This document shows, one piece after another, positions 1 to 14,343 of a stretch of 64,000 nucleotides of DNA. Both the position numbers and the translations under genes were made by a program. Each line of letters opens with the position of its first letter. Positions within the stretch are counted from its first letter, which is position 1. Origin of the DNA: Octopus vulgaris. Its lineage: Eukaryota. The notes under the pieces were generated by a model. The model was not told where the DNA came from. It did no database searches and saw only the letters and a list, made by a program, of their open reading frames with translations. The stretch lies in the NCBI GenBank assembly GCA_951406725.2, contig OX597817.1, forward strand, positions 123,380,001 to 123,444,000. Reading direction: 5' to 3'.

Positions 1-495
1 TTCAGAATACATGAATTTTCCTTTTATTTCTTTTGTAAATTGTCCAACTTTTGCATTTATACATCATCATTGGATTAACCATTGATCTTAACAATTTCTA
101 CTTCGTACTTTGTGACACTCCATTATCTTTTACAATTTTCTATAGTAACGTCGTGGCAGCAGATTTAAAGGCGATTCTTCTTTTAATTTCATTCAAGCAC
201 TCCCTACTATTTCTTCCCACCTTTGGCCTAAGAACAGTAAGCTCATTCGCTACTTCATTGATTCATCTCCAATCAGTGAACCTGATATAACCTTAGTTTT
301 TCATGTTTAGTTTCAATATCCAGCCTTTACATTTACTTATATAATAATATTTTCCAGCATTCTTCTTTGACCCTCTCCATATTCTACTGTCAATGTTTTG
401 TCATCTGCGTACACGAGTTTGCTACCTGCTTGTTCCGTTATTTTACTTCCTTCTATCTTAGTTAATCTTGCTTTCCTCATTACATTTTCCCTGAA
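1..495 (-). pseudogene. Decayed RTE-like LINE reverse transcriptase fragment
   Basis: Minus-strand translation reads ENVMRKARL...SKLVYADDKTL, with YADD at 400-411 in the context typical of RTE-clade RT. Frames are broken on both sides. Confidence 0.7.
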
Positions 496-1124
496 CATAT
501 TTTATGACTCAGTTTACCAGGAAATTATAAATGCTCGAAAATATTTACACAAAATATCTGGAACCATAGATAAAACTTTGTGTCAGAGTGGAAGGAAAAA
601 TCTTTAGCCTGGCTATTAAACGTAGAATAGACGATCTAATAGGAGCCCGTATCTCACAAAGCAATAGACTATAGCTGTAAAGTTCAAGTACACGAAATAA
701 AAGAAATTTACTGGTTCTCATCTACTAGATTTGTTACAGAAAGATTATTACCACTTTACTCTGCTTGGAGTTCACATAGATACGACGCTGGCATTTTTGC
801 TATTACTTTCTAAACTACATAATAATAAAAATAACTAGTTTAAAAGCAAAAATGGAAGAAACAACAATATCAAGTGTAATCAAGAGTGAATGCATATACC
901 AGTGTGCGTATGGCTCGATATGCTTGAATCCATACTATGGTTTTATAAATATATCTTCTCAAGTATCAGTAATAGCCAGTTCCTGTGATGCCTACTGAAA
1001 TATTTTGTTGTGAGCATATAGCTACTTAAAGACACACATTCACATAACGGACACTACATGTTTTAGCGCTAGCATATATTGACCACTTTAAAGTTTACGC
1101 ATATAGACTACATAATATCTACTC

Positions 1125-1440
1125 TATATGTTTGTGTGTGTGTGCGTGTGTGAGTATATACACAAATATATAAAGATATATTTCTATATATATATGTACA
1201 CACACATATATACACACACATACATATATATATGTGTGTATGTATGTGTATATATATATGTATGTGTGTGTGCAATATATATATATATATATATGATAGA
1301 TAGATAGATAGATAGATAGATACACATACATACATACATACATAGATATATGTATGTGTATGCGTATACCTATGTATGTATTTATTTTTGCATGTATACG
1401 TACATACATACTTATCTATATATGTATATGCATATACATA
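1125..1440. repeat. Compound (TG)n/(TA)n/(GATA)n/(CATA)n microsatellite
   Basis: Seen directly; it explains the low-complexity ORFs at 1108-1467. Confidence 0.95.
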
Positions 1441-4400
1441 AGTGTGAGACAAGCAAATAAATTGCATCAGAATGATAAATGTTTTGTATATTCCTAATGT
1501 CTGTCAAGAGAATTGAAGTAGTTACATACTAAAAGTATAAATAAAACTTCCTTATAGTTAGAGATAATTTAAAAGTTGTGACTTTACTTCTAAACTGCTA
1601 ATAAAAAGCAATAGGAAGAGGAAAAATAATGAACGGCAATCTAAATAAGTTTAAAAATCTAAACCAATAAGTTTAAAAAATCTAAACCAAGTTTTTTTAT
1701 CTATATAATAATAAATGGAAATAGTAAAAAAAAAAAAAGTTTTAAAAGATTAGTTTTTCGCTTTAAAATATTTTATTAGAATTTTCCAAACTTTTGTTGT
1801 TGTTTTTCTTTTTTTCATAAAAGAATGTTTATTGCTAATCTCTGTTACTTTCTATGAAAACCAAATACGCCAAGACTATGATAAATTATTTAAAAAAAAA
1901 CAAAACAATACAACAAGATGACAGAATCAACTCTTGCAAACAGTCACTTCGACAAAATAAGTACCCGCCATAAACTATGTCCTACGACGTAATATACTAT
2001 GCTCTCACAAAATGCATGGTTTAGTGGCTGCGTGAGATAATAATGGATAAACTATAGATAGACAAAAGTAGTCATTGTGAAAGAAGCGACAAAACACTGC
2101 AGCGTATAATTCTTAAAAACATTCTCACAATATTTTGTGATACACTCTTTGCCTCTTGTTATTAAACAATAATCTCTCATTAACAAATAATGATCTCAGC
2201 TTGCACCATTATAATTTCATTCATCTCTCTAATCAGTGTGTAAGTGATGGCATGTTCAAAATAATTACATTTTTTTTTTCCTACAATAAATCTGAATGTC
2301 CAGTGATTCAATGAACGTAAAGATTTTGATAGGGTGAAGCTCTTGTCAATAAATAACATGCCATATGAAAATGGACAGTTTCATTCTGAACTGTATCATG
2401 AGGATAACATTTTCCTTTTTAGTGACTAAAGCCGAATGATCAAGGAGTTGTGACATTAATGTTTTGTAGTCTGTCCTCGGCACTGAGGCTCCATGGTAAT
2501 CAGATGATAGCTTCAAATTGCTGTAAATATCTACTGCTTAGTACTGACAACATACTACTAAAGGGACTGGGGAGGTTGTTTGCCTGTGGTGCTGTTTTAA
2601 ATTCTTCTATAGAGAAAGTCGCTGGTTGAGAGCATTTATACAATCCCTTGACCTGTCAAAATTTGCAGTCTAATTGCATGCTACCGTCTAAGCAAAGAGA
2701 AAATGTCGTCTTAGGCATATAAAAAGAAACGATCAGTTATGGCTATTGAGTTGTCGGTAATCTAGGGTTAAACGACAGCAACATCGACACCACCAACGAC
2801 AACCCTTCTCTTCCTTCTCCTCCTCCTCCCTCTCCTCCTCCTCCTCCTACTACTACTACTTCATCTCCAGAAGAAATTACCTGTCATCTGCTTAACGCTG
2901 CAAAAAGAACTTGAGTTAAGCACCGTTTTTCATATCAATACTAGGAACAGTAGAGGATAAAGGTTCTCTTTCTTATTTTGTTACAGTTATTCGATAGTCT
3001 TCTTGGAACTGACAGTGCTACTTTCTAAACGAAACCTATTCTTTGTGATAGTGTTTTCGTTATGAAGTTATGTGTGATAACCATGTAAGGTTGTCACAAT
3101 TAGAAATGCTTTAACCTTTGCAGAGAATGTAATAGATGGTAATAGATGTGTGTTAATGATCAGTCGAGTGAGTGTGCAATGATTTAGGATCTGTTTTTCT
3201 TGTGATGTATAGTGTTTTATTTTTTTTATTTTGCTACTGTTAAAGAGTATTGAACTCCCAGAACCCTATTACTGGTTGAAACAGGATCCCTGATTATGAA
3301 AAATATAGATGTATGCTGGAGGAGTATTGAGTTGCATGTCGACAAAAGAAATATGTGACGTCAACTTCATAAGATATTGTTCAATTAGAAAAACCGTAAC
3401 ATAGTCAGTCAGGTGTGTAAATACACAACAGAGTGAAATGAATAACCTCGCCCTGCTTCACATAAAACAGAGAAATATATTTAATTGGTTACCATTCAAC
3501 AGCAAAAGAAAAGACAACGTCAAAAACTATTTAAAAAGAAGTTGCTTGACATTTCTTTGAACAAGAATCAAAAATCTTATTTATATAGTTAATGTTATAC
3601 CAACGTTTAACTAGTCACTAATCTCATTAAATATGTATTGTTTTCTCCTTCAGCGTTAGAGCAAAACATCATCAATGCGTATGTATGTATGTATGAGGAG
3701 GTGTTATTGAAAATGTAACGGAAATTTAGTTCAGTTTTATGTCTTTACAGAAGGTAAAGCTACTGACTGAGTGCAACCAACAAGTGTGACATCTAAACAT
3801 TTGTTATTGATGTACAATTATTCAGAATTAAAATAATGATTTACATTGATGAAAGAACATTAAAACATTTTCAATACTTCTAAGATATTGTCTTTCTGTC
3901 AACTGTTTTGAATTACCCGTATTTTCTTTTTTAATCCATTTGATAGTCTTATTATGGTTTTTGTGCTTTTACCATTATTTTATTATTTCTCTATGGTTCT
4001 TAACATGAAACAAATAGATTATGATTGAAGTGAAATTTAAAGATAACTTTCATATCAATGAACTGTATGTTTTAAGCAACTAAATTTCTTTTGTTTGAAA
4101 AATGAAACAATTTGATTTGATAATTCTCTATCACTCTCAAGGTGAAAGCATCTCCTTACGATTTAAACTAACAAAACTGACAGCTTGATCTGATAATGTC
4201 CATTTCCTTACCCTAAAATAATGCATTACATAGTTATTCCCTGTCTACCTAGTAGTTCTTTCTTTCTCTCTCTTTCTCTTCCTCTCTCTCATTATATTTG
4301 GAAAAATGTAATAGAATTTAACATCCCGACACTGGAACGCACTCTAGTGCGTTTCCAAATTATTGATCCATTATTTTCACATGAAACATCTCAATAGAGA

Positions 4401-4850
4401 TAGATACAGTTATTCACAATAACATTCTGCAAAATATTCTTTCCCATTTTGTTATTAATTACTGTCTGTGCAGCTTTCTTAGAAACATGATCTGCTGGAA
4501 ACTCGTGAAAAAGTTCATGTGTACAATATTGTTGATATTGTTAAGATGTGACAGTCTTAACGAAATCGCTCACATTAGCCTAACTTACCAGTACATCCTC
4601 ACCTTCGGCAAATTGGTGGAAAACAGAGTTTTGGACTTGACCTCAGCGTAGCATTCGACTGTATATGATGCATGAAATCTTTTGCAAACCTAGCGACCGG
4701 TAAATTTTATCTTTTCTTATTAAAGACTTTTGTCCGATCAGACCATTATGGCAAATATTGGAACTTAGTCTGACCAATACTCAAGCAACACAGAAACACA
4801 AACGGTTAACAAAAAAATCAATCTCCAACGGAATCATTAATGGTGTTCGA

Positions 4851-4852
4851 AC

Positions 4853-4929
<77 letters not shown>

Positions 4930-4937
4930 TAATAATG

Positions 4938-4983
<46 letters not shown>

Positions 4984-5051
4984 TGATAATGATACTAATC
5001 ATAATAATAATGATAATGATGATAATAATAATAAAAATAATAATAATAATG

Positions 5052-5093
<42 letters not shown>

Positions 5094-5128
5094 TTAATAA
5101 TAATAATAATGATAATAATAATAATATT

Positions 5129-5193
<65 letters not shown>

Positions 5194-5207
5194 TAATGAT
5201 AATGATG

Positions 5208-5293
<86 letters not shown>
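4851..5293. repeat. (TAA)n microsatellite, about 440 bp with TGA variants
   Basis: Seen directly. Confidence 0.98.
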
Positions 5294-5294
<1 letters not shown>

Positions 5295-5860
5295 GAGTTG
5301 GAACCTATACACACTGGAAACTATGCCAACATTATAGAATAACAACAGAAAAAGGATGGTATAGGCACACACCAGAAAAGGTCACAGAAAACGAGAAAGC
5401 AACCATACTCTGGGATATGCCGATACACACAGATAGAGAACTTAAGGCCAACAGACCAGATATAGTTGTCAGAGATCATGAAGAAAAAAATGCTTTCTAA
5501 TTGATGTATCAATACCGGCAGATGACAACGTGTCTCTAAAAGAAATGGAGAAACTTTCAAAATACAAAGATCTCGAAATAGAGGTAACCAGAATGTGGAA
5601 TCTAAAAACAGAAACAATTCCTATCATAGTAGGTGCATTAGGCATGATAAAAAAATATTCAGACACATAACAAAAACACCAGGACTTACAAACACATATA
5701 ACATACAGAAAATTGCACTACTAGGCACTGCACACATACTATGCAGAACACTTTCCATACAATAACCATCAGAGCATCACAACAAATCACAGCACAGACC
5801 CAAGGCACACAGAGCTGCGCTCGGTAGTGAGTGAAAGCACGATATATAAAAAATATACTA

Positions 5861-5863
<3 letters not shown>
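5294..5863 (+). mobile_element. 5'-truncated R4/Dong-like non-LTR retrotransposon (restriction-like endonuclease end plus 3' UTR)
   Basis: Translates HWKLCQHY...WYRHTPEKVTENEKATILWDMPIHTDRELKANRPDIVV, then after a frameshift CFLIDVSIPADDNVSLKEMEKLSKYKDLEIEVTRMW...PIIVGALG. This is the PD-(D/E)xK RLE domain. (TAA)n flanks both sides. Confidence 0.9.
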
Positions 5864-5958
<95 letters not shown>

Positions 5959-6093
5959 TAAATAGTAATAATAATAAAAATAATAATAATAATAGTAATA
6001 ATAATAATATAATAGTAACAATAATAATGACGATGATGATGATGATGATGATGATGATGACGACGACGACGACGACGATGATGATGATGATGA
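5864..6093. repeat. (TAA)n grading into (TGA)n/(CGA)n microsatellite
   Basis: Seen directly. Confidence 0.95.
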
Positions 6094-6299
6094 TACGGAG
6101 TGGCTGCATGAAATTCAAGATAGTTTAAGAAATTTATAATGTCAAAACAACATAAAATACATGCAGAAAAGATAAAAAGTCAGATAAGTAAAAATTCCAA
6201 ATTAGAATAGCCCAGTGCAGGATAGTGTTCCAAGGTTATTTGATAAAGAAACTGAGAGGATTCCATGAATGAAAAGCAGAGCAGGAGGAATACAGCTTG

Positions 6300-7790
6300 C
6301 GGGAAGACTTAGTTAGATGTCAAAGAGAAAGACATTGTTATGCGTGAAGGATCAAAGTGGTCCGCTACCTATTGAACACAAATGGTGCGAAAGAGGAGCT
6401 GGAGAACAAAGGATCAGCTGTTAATTGACAAGCTAATAATAAAAAAACTGAAACTGCAAGAGAAAGTACACAAATCTGAGCATGGTGCTCATTGATTGTC
6501 GTAAGACATATTATATGACACCACACCCTTGGATAGCAAGTAATATGGGAATCTATGGAATAGCAGAAAACACAAGATACCTTATTTGGAAGTGGAGGAA
6601 ATGCTGGAGAACTGAATTGACAGCAGGGTATCAAGTATTAGGTATAATGAAAATCAGGAGAGGAAGCTTTGTGCTGAGAGTGATACCCTTGAATTTACGG
6701 AAGACAACATTGGGGTATGATCTCGAAAGTGCTAAAGGAAAACTTAATCACCTGCTGTTCGCAAAAAGTGAAGCAGAATTGGGCAGTCCAGTCCATTCTG
6801 TGTGGATTTTCTCGGATGGCATCAAAGTTGAGTTTGGACTTGAGACATTTATCGTGATGGTGATGGGACGAAGAAAGTTTGCAACAACATATATATATAT
6901 ATATATATATGCCAATTCGTGAAATGATGAAGACAATTGAAACTGAACCCTGATATAAATACAGATGTTTGGGGCAGATTGAATTAAGAATAATGATATG
7001 AAAAAAGAAAATACAAAAAATAAAAAGAGTGTCCGCGGTGATGGATAAAAACAGTGGATTCAAAGTTGAATGTCAGAAACCTAATTTCAGAAAGGAACTC
7101 GCGCACAGTCGCAGTGGTGAGGTATGGAGCTGGAATTCTGAGGTGGACAGAAGGCGAGGTAACAGAGATGGACACGAACACGAGACTTCTCTTTAGAATG
7201 CTTGGAGCTCACCATTCACGTGTAGATACTGATCGCCTACATGTGAAGATAGTAAATGGAGGGAGAAGACTGATAGGTGTGGAAGACTGCGTGCATACCG
7301 AATTTGGGAACTTGTTGAAATGTCTAACACAAAATAAGGAAACGTTGTTAGTGGCAGTTAGAGACGAGAACATACTGAATGCAGGAAAAGAAAAGGACAA
7401 AAGAAATACAAGAGAGACACGAAGTAGCATTAAACAACAAGTGACTACACAATTAGTTTCATGTAGCCACAAATGAAGTTGCTGGAAAACGTAGATAGGA
7501 CTGGTTGCAGAAAGGAATACTGACAAAATGAGACTGGATGTACTATACTGTCAGTGCAACACCAAAGTTTGGCCACAAATTGGAGGGTCAACCTTAGGAA
7601 TGAGAAAGTATCTCCACCGTGCTGAATCTGTAATAGAGTGGTCAAAACCATTGCCCATACCATGAACGAATGCCCTCGACTGGCCGAAAACCAATATAAA
7701 TTACGGCGACACGATGAGGTACTGCATTGAACACGAAAGTACTGCATTGGATAATGTGGGAAAAGTGGGCTCTAGAGAGAGGCAAGTATG
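6300..7790 (+). mobile_element. Older decayed R4/Dong-like LINE (RT, thumb and CCHC remnants)
   Basis: GKLNHLLF...IKVEFGLE with the catalytic DD missing; SKLNVRNLI...VVRYGAGILRWT...GAHHSRVDTDRLHV...GGRRL (ORF 7054-7476); zinc-knuckle remnant HTMNECPRLAENQYKLRRHD near 7650-7715. Confidence 0.8.
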
Positions 7791-7879
7791 GGCACAAAGC
7801 GGAGAGAGTGGTGCAGTCGGGCACGAGCAAAATTCTATGGGATTTCCCAATCCAAACAGACCAGGTGTTCGTCTGCATT

Positions 7880-8418
7880 TTATTTTAATCCAAAATGGAG
7901 ACGAACATTATTTTTCTATGATCCGTTCGAAGAATTGTTATTATGGTGGTCTGGGAAGGGAGTTATTCCTTATTCATTATTGCAACAAGGAAAAACGGTA
8001 ACTGCAACATCGTATTGCCAGGAAATTGATTGTATGCATGAGAATTTGAATAACAAGCAACCCAGACTAGTCAATAAAGATAGCCCAATTTTTCTCCACG
8101 AAAATGCACATCCTTACACTTCTCAAGCTACGGTCCAAAAGTTGCAAAGCCTGAATTATGTGATCTTGCAACATCCTCCCTATTACCCTGATATCTCTTC
8201 TACCGATCATCACTTATTTAAGCATTTTGAGCTTTTCATAAGCGATAAAACATTCTTAAATAGAGAAGAGGTAACTGAAGAATTCGGACAGAAACGTTGG
8301 GTAAACGTCATAAATGAACATGGATCATCCTTTGATTAAATAAATCAGTTCTCTAACACTTCTGAAACATTTTATCGTTACCTTTCATATACGACATTTC
8401 ATGTGAAACAACCTAATA
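7880..8418 (+). mobile_element. Mariner transposon 3' part (decayed DD34D transposase plus right TIR)
   Basis: WWSGKGVIPYSLL...FLHENAHPY...LQHPPYYPDISSTDHHLF...KRWVNVINEHGSSFD; these are degenerate HDNA and YSPDL motifs. Ends CAACCTAA followed by TA at 8417-8418. Confidence 0.9.
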
Positions 8419-9603
8419 TATTATTGTATGTATGCATGTACGTATGTATGTAAGCACACACACACGCAATATACATATATGCAAACTTAATTGGTCCATG
8501 AATTTCACAAAGGAAGTCATTGGACTAGCAGAATTTTACTTTATCAAAATTGGTTACTAAAAATATAACATTATACTAGTAGGAAAGTGAATGAGTTAAC
8601 AATATTTCTCGCATGTTGATCTTAAATGTAAATAAAACTCAAACAAAGTGGTAGCTGGTCATCAGTTTAATTTATTTTCAATGCCAAAGAACAATGATCG
8701 TTTAAATGATAATGTGTGTAGTATTTCTGAACATTTATTTATTATCATGCTACAAATAAGATTCACGCTTAAGTGCCTCTGATTTGAAACCGATATATCA
8801 GCATTATTAATTGTCAATCTATTCTCAACGATTATCTGTAATCTTTTCACGTCTAACTTGACCTCATCCATGTGAGTTGCTATATTTTAAAAATGTATTA
8901 TTTATGAAAAGCCAAGTGGGACTATATTAAATATATCGGATGAAACATTACAAAAATTAAGAAAGACCTACCTACTAGGATATTAAATATGGAACTATTT
9001 CTCTTTTCTCTTTATAATTAATGTTGATAAGGTCTCACATTGAGAAAATAATTTATTCAATCTAAATCTGAATGATTTCGCAATCAGGAAAGTTGATTAG
9101 CACAATTAATAGAACGTCGGAGAGAAAACAGTGTCATAAGATTGGCAGAATTTGTTACACCTCTTACGTCATGGTTTCGAATCACATCAAAATTCTCGTT
9201 ACCGTCCATCTTTCCACGAACGGAAAGATAATTTCTAACGAGTCAAGTAAGAGAAAAAGAAAGCTAAGATGTTGTATCTACGTTAGAAATTAATATTTCT
9301 CATCAAGGAGATAGCAGACATGCCGTTATAGTAACAATATCTAAATTTCATTTTCATTGCATGTCCACTAGCACACATTTTACAATTTCCAAACAACACA
9401 ATCTTCGTCTTGTTAAAATATAATGAACATTTGTTCACATAGACACCATCATTTTAATTTTTACATTTCTCGTGTAACCTACTCCAAAAGATTGTAATAT
9501 CTCCATAAAAGAAAAATTAATTATTTGTATTCTCTGCAATTAGATCATATTTTGGTGTTTCTGAAATTCTGTACGTGTCATTTATGTACAAAATGAACTC
9601 GTG

Positions 9604-10465
9604 TACGTAGCCTGATCAATAAATATCCGGACTGTTCCCATAGCAACGAAGCTAAAGTATGCAGCGTAATGCTGCTAGGCCCAGATTGACCTTAAACTCT
9701 GCTGTGCATTTGCACTAATTTTTAACGTTCTAGGTCACTTCCTCTGTTTACAACAGTGCTTGTAGAAAGCTGGGTAACGTGTGATAATCGCATTGACTAT
9801 CACAGAGAAAGTTGAGCGGAGCATCGGCATCAAATTTTGCCAAAAGCTTGATGATACCTGCCTACGCACAGTTTTCAAAAAAATTTCATCCTTCTCGACC
9901 CAGTCAAGGAGATCTTGTGCAACTGAGAGACGAGCATCTTTTTGGTCAGCCGAAAGCAGTTTTGGCGCAAACTTGGCAGACATGCGTCTCATACCCGAAT
10001 CTTCACTGATAATGAACTGAACTGAACGGTAACTAATCCCCACATCCTCTGATAACTCACAGATGGCGATTCGACAATTTCTCCTCACAGCTGCACGCAC
10101 ATCTGCACTGTTTTATCAGTTCTGCTGTTGGCGGGTCTCCCAGAACATTCGTCAATATCGACAGTTTTTCGGCCATGATGGAAACGTTTGAACCACCCGT
10201 ACACTGGTATGCAGTTCGTAAACCCCTCTCCAAACACTTTCTGCAACTTTTCGTTGGCCTCTGAGCAGGTATCACCATGGTAACTTTGTCTGCTGTTATG
10301 GTCAATGTGACCATTTCACGCTACATACATTTCTTCTAAGCACTGCTGTAAACAGAAGTAAGCTAGAACATTAAACTTACTACGCATGCACATCAGAGCT
10401 CGATTTGCGTGCTTTAGCTTAATTACTATGGCAGAACTCTGGATGTTTATTGATCAAACCTCGTA
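9604..10465. mobile_element. Non-autonomous mariner derivative with TIRs and an internally inverted transposase segment
   Basis: Imperfect TIRs TACGTAGCCTGATCAATAAATATCCGGA and TCTGGATGTTTATTGATCAAACCTCGTA. The N-terminus TEKVERSIGIKFCQKLDDTC is on +. The HTH continuation VYGWFKRF...SGRP...LSEDVGISY...SAKFAPKLL is on -. Confidence 0.85.
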
Positions 10466-10585
10466 GGTTTTATTACTGATCCTTCAAATACGCTGTATGT
10501 AATATCTTTATATACACACATAGACACATACATACAAACACGTACATACACACATAGATATATACATACATACACACACATACAA

Positions 10586-10659
<74 letters not shown>

Positions 10660-10833
10660 ATGTATATATGTATGTATATATGTTCACAAGAATTTCAGAT
10701 AGGTTCAGCAATTTAATAATACATATATTCTGCCATTGATCAATGCATCTCAGTCTTAAGATATACCAAATGTGTCAGTCGTTAAAATATTAAAACATTA
10801 AAAATTCATCAATACACAAATATATAAAAATCT

Positions 10834-10890
<57 letters not shown>

Positions 10891-10939
10891 TAGATGAGTG
10901 AATTTAGATCTATATTTAGTTGTTAATGCCTTTTTAATA

Positions 10940-13060
10940 TCTCCTCAACATAATAAGCACAATCCCTCAGATATTGTATCGTTTCAGTTTATCGAGTAAT
11001 ATAATGTGATCAAAGGTTTTAAAAGCTTTTCTGTCTTTATAAATGCTCTTACAATATCGTTTTTTCTTTCTACGGTAAGTTAATGAACACAGTCGCTCCC
11101 ATGAAGTACCTATCTGTATTAAGATTGACCATGACAGCATGCAGCAGATTTTTGGACTATATATATCAATATCCTGTAAGAGTTGGTTAATGTGTTTTAG
11201 GTGTGCACACATGCAAAACCTAATAAACGTGGTTGGCACAAGATTACTGAGCAACAAGCTCGACACCTAGCTTGGGAAACATAACGCCAATCGGCACCTT
11301 TATGTCCAATTTATTGGAGGCATATAACGCCTAACAATGCGCTATTTACATCCAAGAGCAATTGAATTGTGACATCGAAGATAAAAATTTATTGGTCCCT
11401 ATTGGGGATATGAATGTGAAGTAATATATTAGGTTTTGTTATAGAAACTTACTCACGGAAAATTAAAACGTGGAAGTCCTCCTTCCCTTTATGCATAATG
11501 ATCAACTTGGTCAAAGACCACAGGACAGCTGGAGGATCAACGGCCATCCAGCGTAATGTATATGTGCATGTTTAAGACACATGATTGAGCACCTTAGCAT
11601 GGAAGTTTGTGTATTCCATGGAAATGGTGGGCCAAACTCCTGGGAGATTCAACCAAAGCAAACATGCCAAAACGTAGAAGCCAAACCAAACAATAATCAT
11701 TTGAGAAAGCATCAATGATTTAGTACAGATAAACGCATGCAGTGACAATCTGATGCATGGACTATATCCGTTGAACATTATATATCTGCGCTGAAAATGA
11801 GGAAGGACAAACTACAACGGTTATTGATTTACTTATCTAGTTTTGTTTTTGCTAACGAAACACTGCAGTAATTAGAAGGAATTGCATACCACTAATACTA
11901 ATATTACTATGATGATGCAACCTGGACATAATTTGTGATATCTCGATGAATTTATCTTTTTCTTTCTCCGTAAAATGTTTTTCTTTTTCTAATTAAGTGG
12001 AAAATTAGGAAAATAATGAAACAAGTCTGTACTGTGTAAATTGGGTAATTATCTACAGTTTTATAAAATAGTATAAATTTTTTCAATTTTCGCTTTGCTG
12101 GGAAATGTACCAGTTTGAAATCACAAGCAACAGACTTCAATTTTGCAGTCCTTTCAAGACTTTTTGAGTTGTTTTACTATATCGACTTAATCCAATCAAT
12201 CGAAATTATATATTTACTAACAGTATCTATTTTCTTTACTTTATTGCTCTAAAGAAAATTGAAATCAGATTTATAACCCCTTAATAATCCATAGTCATTT
12301 TTTCATTGTTTCTCGGCTATTGAATTTTCTGCCAATTTTGGTTCCATACAAACAATTTATTAAAACTATCATGAACGCTATCCTTATTTATGATCTTATT
12401 CTTATCAATAAAATACCTATTGTAACTTGAATATCTTGATCCATTTCTAATAATACTGTTTGATACATCCCATACACCACAAATGTCGTCTTTCTTATTC
12501 TCTAAAATTATTTTATGGTAACATACTACCTTACATCTCATAATATTATTCAAATTTTTTTCACTCACGTTTTATACTTTTTTTCTGTCACTTTAATACT
12601 ATAATTCATGAATCCTCTATATATTTTATTTTTCTTTGTGCAGGCATTCTGTAATCCCTTTGAGATTCCTGGATTATCTTTATAATTTTATTTCCCACTG
12701 TCTTCTTTATTGGACAGTTTTTGTCATATAGTGATTTAGATATATTTAGGAATGTTTTATAAATATTTCCGTTAACTTTTTTTCTACATTATTTTACAAT
12801 TTTATGATCGTATTTGAAAGTGTTCATTGATTTGTTTTCCTTTTTATTGTATATATAAAGTTATCAGCATTGTTAACCTGCCTACATTTATAATCATATA
12901 CTACGAAACTAACGGATGGTCACTGAAAACATTCAGTAACGTCCTGATCATTGCTTCTCGTGCTATTTGTGTATATATAATCTATTTGAATAGCCTAGTG
13001 AGATGTAATTCTAATTCTGTAAGGTTTTGTGATTTTGGGGTATATACTCATGCTAATCCC
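10940..13060 (-). mobile_element. Highly decayed, interrupted CR1/L2-like LINE (EN and RT remnants)
   Basis: EN remnant RITSH*AIQIDYIYTN...SDHP near 12915-13010; TGTFP-K-K region near 12090-12120; RT remnant DRKAFKTFDHIILLDKLKRYNI near 10970-11040. Confidence 0.6.
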
Positions 13061-13253
13061 GTCATTCATTTGGTGCTTATTTGGGTTAAACAATGAGGAA
13101 ATGCTCACTAATAAGCATGAAGTTTCGAATTTCTCTAAACTATTATACCTAGTTGATCTCGTTGTCTCTTTCACTCACTCTCTCTTTCTCTCTCGCTTTC
13201 TTTCTTTCTGCATATATGTAAACGTGTGTACTAATACATGCATATATATATAT

Positions 13254-13533
13254 ATCACGTGATCACGTGACCGACCAGACCATCAGATGTTGTTACACAT
13301 CGCTGGTCACAATGCGTTCGCATTGTTTTAGCCTTCGAATGACGCCACCCCGCTGGCTAAGCGAGCAGGCCAACAGAAGAAAGAGTGGTGAAAGAGTACA
13401 GCAGGGATCACCCCCCACCTGCCGGAGCCTCGTGGAGCTTTTAGGTGTTTTCGCTCAATAAACACTCACAAGGCCCGGTCTGGGAATCGAAACCGCGAGT
13501 CCGCTGTCCTAACCACTAGGCCATTGCGCCTCC
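13254..13533 (-). mobile_element. tRNA-derived SINE, head type C with tail type X
   Basis: Head GGAGGCGCAATGGCCTAGTGGTTAGG...GGTTTCGATTCCC has A/B-box-like motifs and matches the 56110 copy. The 3' tail differs and ends CACGTGATCACGTGAT. Confidence 0.85.
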
Positions 13534-14343
13534 ACGCATATATATATATATACAGAGACAGACAGACAGACAAACAGACACACATACGCACAGATATATA
13601 TATATGTATACATACATATATATGTATGTATTTATATGAGTGTATGTATATATGCATGTATGCATATATGCATATATTTAAGTGTACATATAAAAAATAT
13701 ATATGAAGAGAGATAGGTGGGGTGAGAAAATTCAGAAATGCATATTGTTTTCCATCAAGTTAACATATAAGGTGAATAATTTGTGTATGTATGTATAAGT
13801 GAGCTATCTTTCTGTGTGTAACAATTTCATATTCAATATTTTTAGGTTGTTTCCTAGAAAAGAAATTCAAATATTTTACTCTTTCCATTTTCAGGAAGAT
13901 GTTGATACGTTCAGTGTTCTATTGCTAAAACGTTCTATTTTCTATTCAGTATAAATGTCAGTTCATGTAAACTTGACCTTTGCATTTATTCATTGTCAAC
14001 TAAAGAGGTACTTTATATCTTTAGCAATATTTTTTTTTTCTAAGACCAGCAGGTTTGACACAGTCGGCATTTTTTTCCTTTCTGGAAGGACAAAAAGAAT
14101 TTATTTCTCACAGCTGAAATGTTTTCAGAAGAATATTTTCTCTCCGATTTACTCTGTGCCAGTTCACTTTCAAAGTGATAGTTTTTTGGAAAATTTAATT
14201 ACATTAATTATTGCACTTGTCATTATAATACCTAATAAATGTACCCTGTAATTATAGTAAGCAGCATGTCAAGAAATGTTGTCAACAAACTATGTTTCTT
14301 TAGTTTATTCGATATTTACCAAAGAATAGTCGTTATACGTAAA

